64,000 bases of DNA from Octopus vulgaris (Eukaryota), in NCBI GenBank assembly GCA_951406725.2, contig OX597833.1, forward strand, positions 47,554,001-47,618,000. Direction: 5' to 3'. Shown here piece by piece: positions 28,904-42,172 of this stretch (its first letter is position 1; each line of letters starts with the position of its first letter). Under the pieces are notes generated by a model. It did no database searches, was not told the DNA's origin, and worked only from the letters and a program-made list of their open reading frames with translations. Both the position numbers and the translations under genes were made by a program.

Positions 28904-29200
28904 TAGGGGTTCTCAACCAGGGTCCATAAAATATTTTGTTGTTGAAATCTATCAGCAACAAATTCGTCATACTTCTACACTCCCTTTCTTTCTTTTACTT
29001 GTTTCAGTCATTTGACTGTGGCCATGCTGGAGCACTGCCTTTAGTCGAGCAAATCGACCCAAGGACTTATTCTTTGTAAGCCAAGTATTTATTCTATCGG
29101 TCTCTTTTGCCGAACTGCTAAGTTACAGGGACGTAAACACACCAGCATCGGTTGTCAAGCGATGTTGGGGGGACAAACACATACACACACACAAACATAT

Positions 29201-29240
<40 letters not shown>

Positions 29241-29289
29241 GTATTAATCTTTTGTTCCTGACAAGAAACAATCACTGTATTATTGATAT

Positions 29290-29336
<47 letters not shown>

Positions 29337-29873
29337 CATATATATGACGGGCTTCTTTCAGTTTCCGTCTACCAAATCCACTCACAAGGCTTTGGTTGGC
29401 CTGAGGCTATAGTAGAAGACACTTGCCCAAGGTGCCATGCAGTGGGACTGAACCCAGAACCATGTGGTTCGTAAGCAAGCTACTTACCACACAGCCACTC
29501 CTACGCCTATAAAAATAAAATATACAAATGGTAAAGTTGACCTCGGTGGAATTTGAACTCAGAACGAAAAGACAAATGAAATACCACTAAGCATTTCGCC
29601 CAGCATGCTAACGTTTCTGCCCACTCACCACATTAAAATACTATGCAGTGGAATCGGGCCCATGATTTTATGATTGCGAAGTGAAGTTCTTATCCATTCG
29701 GCCATGCCACACCAACAATTGACAAAAAAAATTAATTTTTTTATACGATTCCTAATGATATTTAATTATAGAAATATAATAAGATCTTTTTAATATCGAT
29801 TTGCTAGGAGGGGCCAACTGAGTAAAACAGGAATCAAAGGGGTCCATAACTGAAAAATGGTTGAGAAAGACTG
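28904..29873. mobile_element. hAT (Charlie-like) MITE with nested SINEs
   Basis: Ends taggggttctcaacc...ggttgagaaagactg; perfect 8-bp duplication ttctaatc at 28896-28903 and 29874-29881. Confidence 0.85.
28990..29508 (-). mobile_element. SINE family A nested inside a hAT MITE
   Basis: Full match; internal TA tract carries extra sequence. Confidence 0.85.
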
Positions 29874-30187
29874 TTCTAATCTATTATTACATTTCACATT
29901 TTTAGCTAATTTTTGTGATTCAATCTTTATATTGCAGGGTTTACACTAATATATATTTTTATAATTTTCAGTACTATTTTTGAGTAATTCTTTATAAAGC
30001 TTACTTGTTTTATCAAAGAATATAATTTTTTAATCTTAATTTTGACATTTTTTTTTTTGTCAGTACCAAAATTATTTTGAATAGTGTTGGTGTATTTACT
30101 AATGCGTGTGAGTTTACTATCATGTCTAACAGATTAGATTCGAAAGTTTTAAGTTCTTTAATCTCGATGAACTCACTTGTATATTAA

Positions 30188-30367
30188 CCCTTTCGTTACC
30201 AACCCAGCTGAAACCGGCTCTGGCTCTTTAATATAAATGTCTTATTTCTATAAGTTTTGAATTCAAATCTTCCACCAAACCTTAGTCACAATTTATGTTC
30301 CTAACACTAACTTAATGATAACGAAGATATTTTACTAAATTCTTTGTTATATTTAAAATAATTGGAA
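30188..30367. mobile_element. piggyBac-type MITE, truncated where a SINE begins
   Basis: ttaa+ccctttcgttacc left end and matching body; right TIR absent. Confidence 0.75.
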
Positions 30368-30773
30368 GCAGGAGTGGCTGTGTGGTAAGTAGCTTGCTAA
30401 CCAACCACATGGTTTCGGGTTCAGTCCCACTGCATGGCATCTTGGACAAGTGTCTTCTGCTATAGCCCCGGGCTGACCAATGCCTTGTGAGTGGATTTGG
30501 TAGACAGAAACTGAAAGAAGCCTGTCGTATATATGTATATATATATGTGTGTGTGTTTGTGTGTTTGTGTTTGTCCCCTTAGCATTGCCTGACAACCGAT
30601 GCTGGTGTGTTTACGTCCCCGTCACTTAGCGGTTCGGCAAAAGAGACCGATAGAATAAGTACTGGGCTTACAAAGAACAAGTTCCGGGGTCGATTTGCTC
30701 GACTAAAGGCGGTGCTCCAGCATGGCTGCAGTCAAATGACTGAAACAAGTAAAAGAGTAAAGAGTAAAAGAGT
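30368..30773 (+). mobile_element. SINE family A
   Basis: Full match. Confidence 0.9.
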
Positions 30774-31933
30774 AGTCTGTGGTTGTTTTTTGTAGTATCA
30801 GAATCACAAAAGAAAGCTTTACAGTACATGTGTTTGTTTAGCTATGGATATCAAGAGAAAGAGAAGGAGAGAGAGGGAGATAGAAGGGGTGGAAGTGGTT
30901 AGCAAGTAAGCAAATAATTGAGTTGTTTCAGCCAAATATCAAGAGAGAAGAAAGAGATTTAGTGAGTGTGTTATGCAGTTATATATCAAGTGGCTAATCT
31001 CTCATGAAATGACGGTGGTGGAGAGAAAGCTAAATCTATTTGTTTAAACAATGTTTATGGATCCCATTAAATGTAAGTTATGGTAAAGTATGTTTAGTTA
31101 TTTATCTAAGTCTTGTATATTTAAAGAATTTAGATCAATAGATTGATTGATTGATAGATGTTTTGTCGGAGAAAGTGAGTGAAAAAAGAGGATGATGAAG
31201 CAGGGGTGATATAAAGATCGAGAGAGAAGAGAAAAGAAAAGAGAGAAAAAAAAAACTAGGTTTGGTTTCAAATGAAGAAGAAATCCATTGATTAATGGGA
31301 AAAAGTGTACATGTAGAGACGAACATAAAAGAACTAAGATTGTTTACTTTCTGATCCATCAGATGCTTATATAACTGATGTTTTAAAGAGAGTTCAGTGG
31401 AAAGGGGGAAATTATTTTCTTGTTTATATAGTGATTTACAAAAAAAAAAGAGCAATCTTCTATCTTTTACTTGTTTCAATCATTGGACTACAGTCATGCT
31501 GGGCCATTTCCCTGAAGGGTATATTTTAACAAATTGAACCCAGTATTTATTTTGTATATCTGGTACTTGTTCTATCAGTCTCTTTTGTTGAGCTGCTAAG
31601 CTATAGGGATGTAAACAAGCCAACACCAGTCATCAAATGGTAGTAGAGGACAAACTCAATACAGCCATAAAGACTCACACACACACTTATATTACAGGCT
31701 TCCTCACAGTTTCTATCTACCAAATTCACTCACAAGGTATTAGTCAGCCCAAGGTTATAGTTGAACCCACTTGACTAAGGTACCATGATGTGGGACTGAA
31801 CCTGAAACTACATGGTTACAAAGCGAGCTTTTTAATCACACAGCCATCACTAATTTTCATTGAATGAAATAATAAATGATTTTAAAACTTTATCAAATAA
31901 AATAATATTTGGGTACTTTGAGTTCCTAATTAA

Positions 31934-32153
31934 CCCTTTCATTACCAACCTGGCTGAAACTGCTTCTGGCTCTGAGTACAAATGTCTTGTTTTCATAAGT
32001 TTTGAATCAAAATCTTCCACCAAACCTTAGTCACAATTTATGTTCCTAACTCTAGCTTAATGATAACTAAGTTATTTTACTAAATTCTTTGTTATATTTA
32101 AAGTAATTGAAAGACACACAGAGCATCTCAAAATAAATACAGTAACGAAAGGG
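31934..32153. mobile_element. piggyBac-type MITE, second full copy
   Basis: Same 220-bp length and TIRs as 314-533, with TTAA target duplication. Confidence 0.85.
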
Positions 32154-35100
32154 TTAAACTAATGTAGAATAGACTACAGGGTGTAATAAATTCTCTCATA
32201 TTTAGATTTATAAAAACTTAAAATTAATTCTGTTAGTTGTCTTTGGGAGTTTTATATAACTTTAAACATTTGTAGACTTTGGGATGAATTCAGGGGTCTG
32301 TTGGGAAAGGATTTTTGTTTTAAGCAAAGGGAAAGAAAATAAGGATAAATGGACATCTAAACAATGAAAATGTACAATGGGCTGCTGGAAAGTTCCTGGT
32401 TTTGGATAAAAGAAAATACTGGAGGATCAGCTAATTATGATTTTATTCAACAGATTCACACACTGTTTCCAGCAGTCATTCAGTTTTTCTAAGCCCTGTA
32501 AAAGGACTTGGAAGGCTTGGCTTCCAACCAGGCCTTTTGTGATACTCTTAAAGCCCGGAACTTTTCAGCATACCCTTTTATTTTTAAAAAAAGTGGTATA
32601 ATGATGGGAATTAGCATTGTCTCTACTCTAAGCATAAGAGCAGGAATTTTGAGGGAGCAGGCAAGTTCATTACATCAACCCTAATACTAGAGTAGTGCTT
32701 ATTTAATCAACACTGAAAGGATGAAAGACAAAGTTGACCTCAGTGGAATTTGAACTTTTAACATAAAAAGCCTGAAAATAAGAATTAATATTCCTTTCTA
32801 CTATAGGCACAAGGTTTGACATTTTGAGGAAGGGGGTTAGTCAATTATATTGGCCCCAGTACTCAACTAGTACTTGTTTGATCAATCCTGAAAAGATGAA
32901 AGGCAAAGTCGACCTTGGCAGAATTTGAACTCACAACACAAAGACACACAAAATGCCATGAAGCATTTTGCCCAGCATGCTAATGATTCAGCCAGCTTGC
33001 CTCAATAAATTGAATTAATATTAGCTTCAAATTTTGGCAAGAGTGACCCCTGTGCTCAACAGGTACTTATTTTTATTGCCCTCAAAATGATGAAAGACAG
33101 TTGACCTTAGCAGAATTTGAACTCAGAATGTAGAGATGGATGAAATGCCACTAAGCCTTTTGCCCAGCATGCTAACAATTCTGCCAGTTCACCACCTTAC
33201 CATGGGAATTAATTTTTTTTTCTTTTTCGCCCTTTTCAAGCCTAGCCAGGCTCTTGGGCCCAGTTCCCCTCCCCCAGCTGGACAGGACCGTCAGTCCATC
33301 ACAGCGTTACTCAAGAAACAGGAAGTAAGAGTGAGAGAAAGTTGGGGCGAAAGAGTACAACAGGGGTCGCCACCCCCACCCCCTGCTGGAGTCTCGTGGA
33401 GCTTTAGGTGTTTTCGCACAATAAGCACACACAATGCCCGGTCTGGGAATCGAAACTACAATCCTCCGACCACGAGTTCGCTGCCCTAACCACTGGGCGA
33501 TTGCGCCTCCACATGGGAATTAATATTAAAGTTAAAATATGATGAATCAATAGACGAGAAATTGAAATATTAAAGGTTACAATCTAAAAATATTTCAACA
33601 CGAGTCTAGAATAATTGTAATTTTGGTTGAAGTAGAAGTAGTTTCAGGAAAAAGGAGAATAGCACCTTCAGTTAAAATATTCTACTTCAAATATTTTTTT
33701 TTTCTTAAAACTTGCAATGAGAAAAATCTTCATTGAATTTTAGGAAAGAAATAAAGATGTGTATAGAGGAATTTTGTAGCTAAAACAGAATAATTAAGAC
33801 CTAGATATAGTTTAGATGTTGGTAGGTTGAAAAAGTTTGAAAGAAAAAGAAAAAAAATGGTAAAAGTTAGATGTGATAAAAGGTTGAGATTTTAGGAAAA
33901 TGAGTTGGCACTGGATGGGTGTTTTACAATTCCCATACATAGTTCATGGAAGGAAAAGACGAGGACAAGATCTCTCCGAACAAATAATAATAATAGTTTA
34001 TTTCGCCTGAATAAACATTTCATCTCTGGACATCGGTAGCCTGGACGCCTTGGTGTGGAAGCAGCAGGGTTGGTAGTTAGACACAAAATTACAAAGGCAT
34101 TTTCACAGACTCGCAATATTGCTTGCCGTCAGAATTCCAGCTCCACAGAGCCAGTCTAAGTTCTGTCCTGTCCGGTCAGAAGCCTGGGCTGAAGAGGATG
34201 AATGGGTGGTCAAACTTAGCTGCTGCTGATGATTGTGCATGCACATAAGGGGCTTCCGTCAGATCTCCGGAAAGCTCTAAGTCTATGCGCGTGCGTGGAT
34301 GAATGTTCCACAATGGCATCTAGAACCAGGATTCACTACAAGGCTAAAGATATATAAGTAGATTATAACAAAGTAGATCATCATCATCATCATCATCATC
34401 ATCATTTAACGTCCGTTTTCCATGCTAGCATGGGTTGGACGGTTCGACCAGGGTCTGGTGAGCCATGGAGGCTGCACCAAGCTCCAGTCTGATTTGGCAG
34501 TGTTTCTACAGCTGGATGCCCTTCCTAACGCCAACCACTCCATGAGTGTAGTAGGTGTTTTTTATGTGCCACCGGCACAGGAGCCAGCGCAGGCTGGCAA
34601 ACGGCCACGATCGGTTGGCGCTTTTACGTGTCACCGAGACGGATGCCAGTCAGGCGACGCTAGTAACCGCTACGCTCGAACGGTGCTTTTACATGTCACC
34701 AGCACTGGTGTCTTAACTACAATTACCATTCGAATTTTTGATGTTGACGAACTTGACTCAACAGGTCTCCTCAAGAACATCGGGTCACTCTACGATCCAA
34801 GGTTAGCACAGCAAGCTGTCCTGCGAGCATGAACTCACTTCATTTGTCGGGTCTTCGAATCCTCACGTCCTTATCAATAATGTCCATCTTCCATGCTTAC
34901 ATGAGTTTGCTGTTTGATGAGATCCAAAAAGCCAGAGGACAGCGTTAAGCTTCAATGTCTGTTTTTGGCATGGTTTCTTGGTTTCTACAGCTGGATGCCC
35001 TTCCTAATGCCAACTATTTTACAAAATGTACTGGGTGTTTGTGAGGTTGCCAAGAAACTCACAAGACAAAGGGAAAAATCCTCGATTGAGTGGGGTTGTG

Positions 35101-36728
35101 GTAGAGAGGTAGGTGGCATTATTGTAGGTGTGGAGAAGTTAAAGTATGATAGAGGGACAGGCACAGGTGTCTTGCTATAGAGGAGATACATGGCTACATT
35201 GAATATATGAGTGGATGGGATAAGCATTAAAGTAATCTAAAGTATAAACTTCCATTGAAATTTCATATTGATTTAAGTTCCAAACATCAGTTTTGCATTT
35301 TGACACAAGGCCAGTAATTTTGAGAAGGGAGTTGATTACATCGGCCCCAGTGCTCAACTGGTACTTATTTTATCAACCACAAAAGGATGAAAAGCAATGC
35401 TGGCCTCGGCAGAATTTGAACTCAAAATGTAAAAATGGACAAAATACTGCTAAGCATTTTGCCCTGCATGCTAACAATTCTGCTAGCTCCACTGCCCTAC
35501 ATCAGTTTTATACTGACAATGTCATTTTACAAAAGAAATTTTCATTAATTTCGTAGGAGTGGCTGTGTGGTAAGTAGCTTGCTTACAAACCAGATGGTTC
35601 CGGGTTCAGTCCCACTGCGTGGCACCTTGGGCAAGTGTCTTCTACTATAGCCTTGGGTTGACCAAAGCCGATAGAATAAGTACTAGGCTTACAAAGAATA
35701 AGTCCTGGGGTCAATTTGCTTGACTAAAGGTGGTGCTCCAGCATGGCCACAGTCAAATGACTGAAACAGGCAAAAGAGCAAAAAAGTATTAATCTCAAAA
35801 TTAAGTGAAACAGAATCAGTGTATTTCGGTAAAAATTATAGTAGCTATAGAATTAGAGGCTGAAATTTAAGTAGAGAGTATGTTGGAGAAAATCTTTGCT
35901 AATGTAATTTGAAAATGTGTTATTCAATCTAGAATAGAGTTGAAATTCAAGGATAGATGGTTTTAGAAAGTAAAAATAAATTAGTGCTCAGAGGAAATAG
36001 TTTAACTAAGATATTATATTAAAATGGAAATTAGCAGCCAATATTAATTAGGAAATTTAAGTTTAATGCATTACAAATAGATCTGGGACTATAAGTTTGA
36101 TAGATAAAGTATTGTTTGGCAATATGTAGGTTATTTCTTTGTTGATAGTGTCAGTAAGTTTTCATGTATTTGTTTACAACAAAAAGATATCTGTAAACTG
36201 TGTTTCTAGTGAACTGGTTCTTTAGTAGGATGGTTAAGCTCTTGTTTGTGCAGAAATTACAATGCCTCTTATTACCAGTATATGACTAGGCCTTTCACAC
36301 AATGTCATATTCACACTTTCTACTGTTTACCACTTTTCATCTCTCTCTCTCTCTCTCAACTTAATGATTCCACTTTGTTGTTTACTAACAATTTATTTCA
36401 AGTTGGCTAAAGTGAATCTTACGTATGCATACAAAAAGCCCACCTTTTTATATTTTCCTTGTGGCTTTACAGATGCCAATATCATTTGTAACAAATTTCT
36501 TGTGAAAAAAATTTTTTTTTGAAGACTACATGGGGTCATGACCCGAATTGGAACTTGCATTCACAAAATTTATCTTCTTGCCTAAGATAATTAAAAATTA
36601 GTGGTTATGTGTTTAATAAGGAACAACACTACATCAATCAAGTCTTCTGCTAAAACTGTTGCTTTTGCAGCTGAATTCTGAAGAGAGAGAGAGAGAAAGA
36701 TAAGGGAATGCAGAGAAGGTACTGATAG

Positions 36729-36764
<36 letters not shown>

Positions 36765-38869
36765 GGAAGTATGTAATAAAGGGAGACAGAAAGAGAATTA
36801 AAGAGAGCAAAGAGAAGGAAAAAGACAAATAGAAGTTAGAAAAATTTCAATGAGGAGCAAAATGAATGATAAAATAATAAAACAGAGATTCAGCACTGTA
36901 CTGGCAGCAGAGAACAGAAATAGCTACATGCAAAAGAAAGAGAGGAGAAGATAAACATAAAAACAAACAAACTTCACCAATTCTGTGCATTGTGTGCTTG
37001 TGCACATACATATGTATACATATTTGTATGTATATGAATACATGCATATATAAGGAAACATGTATAAATGTATCTATTCATCTATATATGTATATATATA
37101 TATATATATATATTTCTAAATAAGGATAATATCGTTATTTAAATATCAATATTATCAAGTGGCCAGCATGGGAATAAATACCATACATACAAAGGTAATA
37201 ATTTTTTACAACTATAAATAAGGGTATCTGAGAGACACCACCATGCCGAAATAGCAGTCAAATCCCTGACTCTAAAAACCACCTAAAATGTTCATATCGC
37301 ACCATGAGATAAGACAGAGAGACAAAATAAACTAGCAATATCCATTATGTATATATATATGAATACATTTATATGTATTCATACATAAATATATATATAT
37401 ACACACACACATGTATACATGTATGCACATACACACACATACATGTGTGTGTGTGTGTGTGTATGTATGCTTGCATCTTTATACATGTGAGTTTTATTTA
37501 TGTAGAACACTTTATGAATAGTTAGTTTATTTTTGATATTCTAACAGATATAATATCATATGTATGTATATTGTGGTGTATTTGTTTTTGCATTGCTCTG
37601 TGCCTTGGTCCACTGGTTTGTTTACATAACCATCATCGATTAGTGTTTCTTTTAGTCTGAAGATTTCTTTATATAATGTTTTGTTTGACATCACTATCAT
37701 CATCATCATCATCATCGTCATCAATCTCTGGACATTGCTGTCTTGAGTCTCAGTAATCACAGGGCCAGTTATAAAGTATCCACAAGATCACAACCAGGGC
37801 TGGATTAAGACCCATAGAGGCTCTAAGCACTAAAACAATTTTGGTATCACCATGTAATATGTAATTCAAAATATACAAAAATAGTAATAAAATAAGTTTT
37901 TATTTCTCAAAATGAAACAAAACTAACAGTAAGATGGAAAATAATGCTTATTTTTGTATACTTCCAGTTTATTTATATTTTGAAAAGTTCTCTTTTCCCT
38001 TCTTTTAATTGCAAAGTCTTTGATCAAATCCTCACTTTGACACCATCAACACTATGAAATGATATTTCCTATCATATAAACCATTGTTTTAGCAAGTTTA
38101 AAGTGATCTCTTTTGTGCCATAAACCATTTACCATTTCTGTTGTGCCTCCCCCCACTTCCCTTGACATCCTATGTATGTGCTTATTTTGCTTCCTGGTTA
38201 ATCCAGTGCTGACCACAACAACAACGGTATTACCCTGGAGAGTCTTCGGTGGGTAAGACAATGAAAAAAGGTTAAGAGCCACTGCATTAAGATGACCTGG
38301 TAGCCTTTAACAGTCAGAGCTGTGATATCATAGCAGATAGCTTCACAATAGGTAGGTGTGTCTTTGAAAAAACAAATATAGATATGTAGTGCACGAACAT
38401 GCATTTCCCAGTAAATGGATACTGTCTGGGAGGAGAGCGGTGGCGTGTGTAGCGTTGGATGAAATTAATGTGATTTGATGGTGGGAAATTTTAACCCTAG
38501 GAAGTGATAACAGAAGTTAATTGGAGATTAGTGACGCAAAGTGTTACAAGACATAAAAAAGTTTGATGAGGTTTGAATGTGAAATTAAAATTGGTGACAG
38601 GAAGTGAACTGTAGTTTTAAGACATGTTTAAAAAAAATGTTTTTTAAAAAATTAGAAATAGGCAAAGGATGATATAAACCGAAGTAATTGGAACTGACCT
38701 AAAAGAAAAGTTCACTAAGAGCAAAAAAACAACTTTGAATAATAGATTATCAGGTTCTCTTAGGATTGCAACAAAAATTTGTTAAGCCATCATGAAATAA
38801 ACTGGTTAAAATTTAATTTGGATATGAATATCATCAGAAATATTTTTCACATTATTTAAGGTTAAATGG

Positions 38870-39135
38870 ACTATTCTATCGGTCTCTTTTGCCGAACCGC
38901 TAAGTTAGGGAACGTAAACACATCAGCATCGGTTGTCAAGCGATGTTGGGGGCACAAATATTTTATTCATTTTTTTTTACTTATTTCAATCCCAGGACTT
39001 ATTCTTTGTAAGCCTAGTACTTATTCTATCGATTTCTTTTGCCGAACCGCTAAGTTAGGGAACGTAAACACATCAGCATCGGTTGTCAAGCGATGTTGGG
39101 GGCACAAATATTTTATTCATTTTTTTTTTACTTAT
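38870..39135. repeat. Direct duplication of a SINE A fragment plus flank
   Basis: tattctatcg...gatgttgggggcacaaatattttattcatttttttt occurs twice, ~150 bp apart. Confidence 0.85.
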
Positions 39136-39379
39136 TTCATGGACTGAGGCCATGCTGGAGCACTACCTTGAAGTTCTTAGTTAAATAAATCGACCCCAGT
39201 ACATTTCTTTTTTCTTTTCTTTTTAAAGTCTGGTACCTACCTATTCTATCAGTCACTTTTGCTGAATTGCTAAGTTACAGGAACATAAACAAACCAACAA
39301 GGGTAGTCAACCAATGGTGAACATAAACACAAAAAAACACACACGTATGTGCACACACACACATAAATATATACTTTTT

Positions 39380-39442
39380 TTATGGGGATGTAAACACACC
39401 AGCATCAGTCGTCAGGTAAAACACAGACACACAAACATATAT

Positions 39443-39475
<33 letters not shown>

Positions 39476-39648
39476 CATACATATATACGACAGGCTTCTT
39501 TCAGTTTCCGTCTACCAAATCCACTCACAAGGCTTTGGTCGGCTCGAGGCTATAGTAGAAGACACTTGCCCAAGGTGCCATGCAGTGGGACTGAACCCGG
39601 AACCATGTGGTTCGTAAGCAAGCTACTTACCACACAGCCACTCCTACG
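39380..39648 (-). mobile_element. SINE family A (5' part), downstream of first coding exon
   Basis: Head ends at ccactcctacgc near 39648. Confidence 0.85.
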
Positions 39649-39756
39649 CATGTTGAAGCTATGAGACAATGCATGATAAATTCAAATCAACAAGAAAAAT
39701 TAAACTTTACATTTGAGAGAGTAATCTGAATGCGAAAGGGATAAAGATCAACTTAC

Positions 39757-40027
39757 CTGCACAGAGGTAGGTACCAGCTAGTACAGATCCTATTAAAGAG
39801 GTCTTGCTTCTTGATTCATTGAAATAGGTGACAAATTCATCAAGGAAAACACCAAAAGAGTAAGCAACTCCGTCAACAATAACATTGCTGAGGAGAGAAG
39901 CAAATACAATGACCCATCCCCACCCACCATCCGGTGGCGTTGGAATAAATGCATCGACGTAATCATCATGCTGGATTTCAACTGGAGGTTTCGATAAATT
40001 TTGATTTTTCTTAGAGTTCTTCCCCAT
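39757..40027 (-). CDS. SLC16A: Monocarboxylate transporter (SLC16/MCT family), first coding exon (N-terminus, TM1-2)
   Basis: MGKNSKK...PTPPDGGWGWVIVFASLLSNVIVDGVAYSFGVF...SLIGSVLAGTYLCA contains the MCT signature PPDGGWGW. ATG at 40027; donor GCAG|gtaagt after 39757 (271 nt, phase 1). Paralogue cannot be assigned from sequence alone. Confidence 0.95.
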
Positions 40028-40203
40028 ATTTGAACTTTCTTCACAATCTCGTCATGTGAAATAGAAATGACGTAGAAACAGCTTTTACTTCGAAGTGATT
40101 AACCACGGCGCCAGTTGACAAAAAGTCTAGCTTTAAAAAAAATTGAACTTTTATGTGCCGGGGAAGTGTGCTATCGAATTCACTTGACCACACAGTCTTT
40201 TAT
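40028..40203 (-). other. 5' UTR part of the first coding exon
   Basis: Strong acceptor (long T tract then ttttcag|ATA) at 40204-40227 on minus; in-frame TAA upstream of the ATG, so upstream exon(s) are non-coding. Confidence 0.7.
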
Positions 40204-40291
40204 CTGAAAAAAAGAAAAAAAAAAAAATGTAAGAAATAAAATACAGACACTAACAAAAAAAAGCAACAACAACAACAACAATAAGAATCTT

Positions 40292-40581
40292 GGGCATCTT
40301 GGGCAAGTGTCTTCTGCTATAGCCCCGGGCCGACCAAAGCCTTGTGAGTGGATTTGGTAGACGGAAACTGAAAGAAGCCTGTCGTATATATGTATATGTG
40401 TGTGTCTGTGTGTCTGTGTTTGTCCCCCTAGCATTGCTTGACAACCGATGCTGGTGTGTTTACGTCCCCGTCACTTAGCGGTTCGGCAAAAAGAGACCGA
40501 TAGAATAAGTACTAAAAGGTGGTGCTCCAGCATGGCCACAGTCAAATGACTGAAACAAGTAAAAGAGTAAAGAGTAAAGAG
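40292..40581 (+). mobile_element. SINE family A (5'-truncated), upstream of first coding exon
   Basis: Starts at the ggcatcttgggcaag core and runs to the tail. Confidence 0.85.
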
Positions 40582-40999
40582 TAATTGTTTCAAATTTTGG
40601 CACAAGGCCAGCAATTTTTGGGGAGGGAATAAGTTGATTATATCGATCCCAGTGATCCACTGGTACTTATTTTATTGACCCTGAAAGTACGAAAGGTGAG
40701 GAAAGGAGTAAGTCAACTACATAGACCCCAATGTTCAACTGTGGGTGGAGGACAACAAGAGAGAGAGAGCAGAAGAGAGATGGTAGAAAGGTAATGTTGA
40801 CCTCAGCAGAATTTGAACTCAGAATGTAAAGACGGATGAAATACCACTAAGCATTTTGTCCATTGTGCTAATGATTCTGAGTAGTAGTCATAATAATAAT
40901 AATAGATGATGATGATTTGAAATTTTGTGATTAACCCATTAGCATCTAATCTGGCCAATCTGAATGCTAAAGAGTTATTATTATTATTATTATTATTAT

Positions 41000-41050
<51 letters not shown>

Positions 41051-41054
<4 letters not shown>

Positions 41055-41140
41055 CACACGTATTGAGAAGAGCAATCACACGTATTGAGAAGAGCAATCA
41101 CACGTATTGAGAAGATAAATCACACGTATTGAGAAGAGCA
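41051..41140. repeat. 22-bp tandem repeat x4 (aatcacacgtattgagaagagc)
   Basis: Read directly; follows a (TTA)n/(TAA)n tract. Confidence 0.9.
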
Positions 41141-41349
41141 TTGTCGATGTGAGAACTGTTGCTGCTCATGTATTTTAATTTAACTTAAAAAAAAAAAAAA
41201 AAATGTACGAACTATTGAGTTTGGTTTAATGGCCTACCAATGTATACTATGAGTTTCTTTGCCCTAGGAGTCGGGAAGACACTCGGCAAGAAATGGAAGC
41301 AAATTTGAAAGAAGAAAATAAAAGTAATAATAATATTAATAATAATAAT

Positions 41350-41930
41350 AAATGCCCTGATGCAGTACCAGGCAGCGGCTCTCATGGCTTCTGATCCTAA
41401 CTGACTGGAAGTGTTATCATGTACATTGTTTTGTCTTGGTATAAAAGATGGTCTATAGCAAATATTCTGCTCAATACCACAGATTTGCTTGTCAGTTGCT
41501 TGACCGTAACCAGTTGAGCATGTCCCTTAGTGGCTCACGATATGTGCATCTCTGATCATGAGTAGAAGTAGTGGGGGAGCATCATAGCCATGTGTTGAGA
41601 GGGATTCTTTGGGGTTTGAATGATTCACCTCTGGAAACATGGGTGTTTCATTCAACATCTTTAAACAACCCTTAATCACGGACCTTTTGAGTGGGATGGG
41701 TTACCCAACCAGGAGAAAATTCTAACTGGGCCCCACCCGCAAGGTCATGTGCTGTTTATCTTGTTATGAGATCACCATGTCGCGCATATATGGTTGTGAT
41801 GCATGTGCCTGGTGTACCCTTATCAGACGGGTAGTCATGATGGGTATACTGGGCTTCGTATATTTGTACCCCAGTGTCACTTTGATGGCATGCACTGCTC
41901 TCTCACTCAATAATAATAATAATAATAATA
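41350..41930 (+). mobile_element. Unclassified ~560-bp interspersed repeat flanked by (AAT)n
   Basis: Second copy of 15085-15650. Confidence 0.75.
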
Positions 41931-42139
41931 ATCCTTTCTACTATAGGCACAGGGCCAGAAATTTGGGGGAGGGGGATAGTCGATTACATTGAACCCAGTG
42001 CGCAACTGGTACTTATTTTATCGACTCCAAAAGGCAAAAATGACCCCAGCACCATTTGAACTCAGAATGTGAAGTGAGATGAAATACTACTAAACTTTTT
42101 GCCCGGCATGCTAACGATTCTGCCAGCTCACCACGTTGT

Positions 42140-42172
<33 letters not shown>

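Noticed and set aside
33890-34330. GC-richer stretch, possible exon
   Set aside because: Stops in the frames read and no convincing splice pair; probably an unclassified LINE 3' remnant.
38198-38404. Alternative first coding exon (MQWLLTFF..., donor AGG|gtaata)
   Set aside because: ATG frame ends in phase 0 but exon 2 needs phase 1; the compatible frame has no ATG.
41051-41140. CRISPR-like repeat
   Set aside because: Contiguous tandem units without spacers, eukaryotic context.
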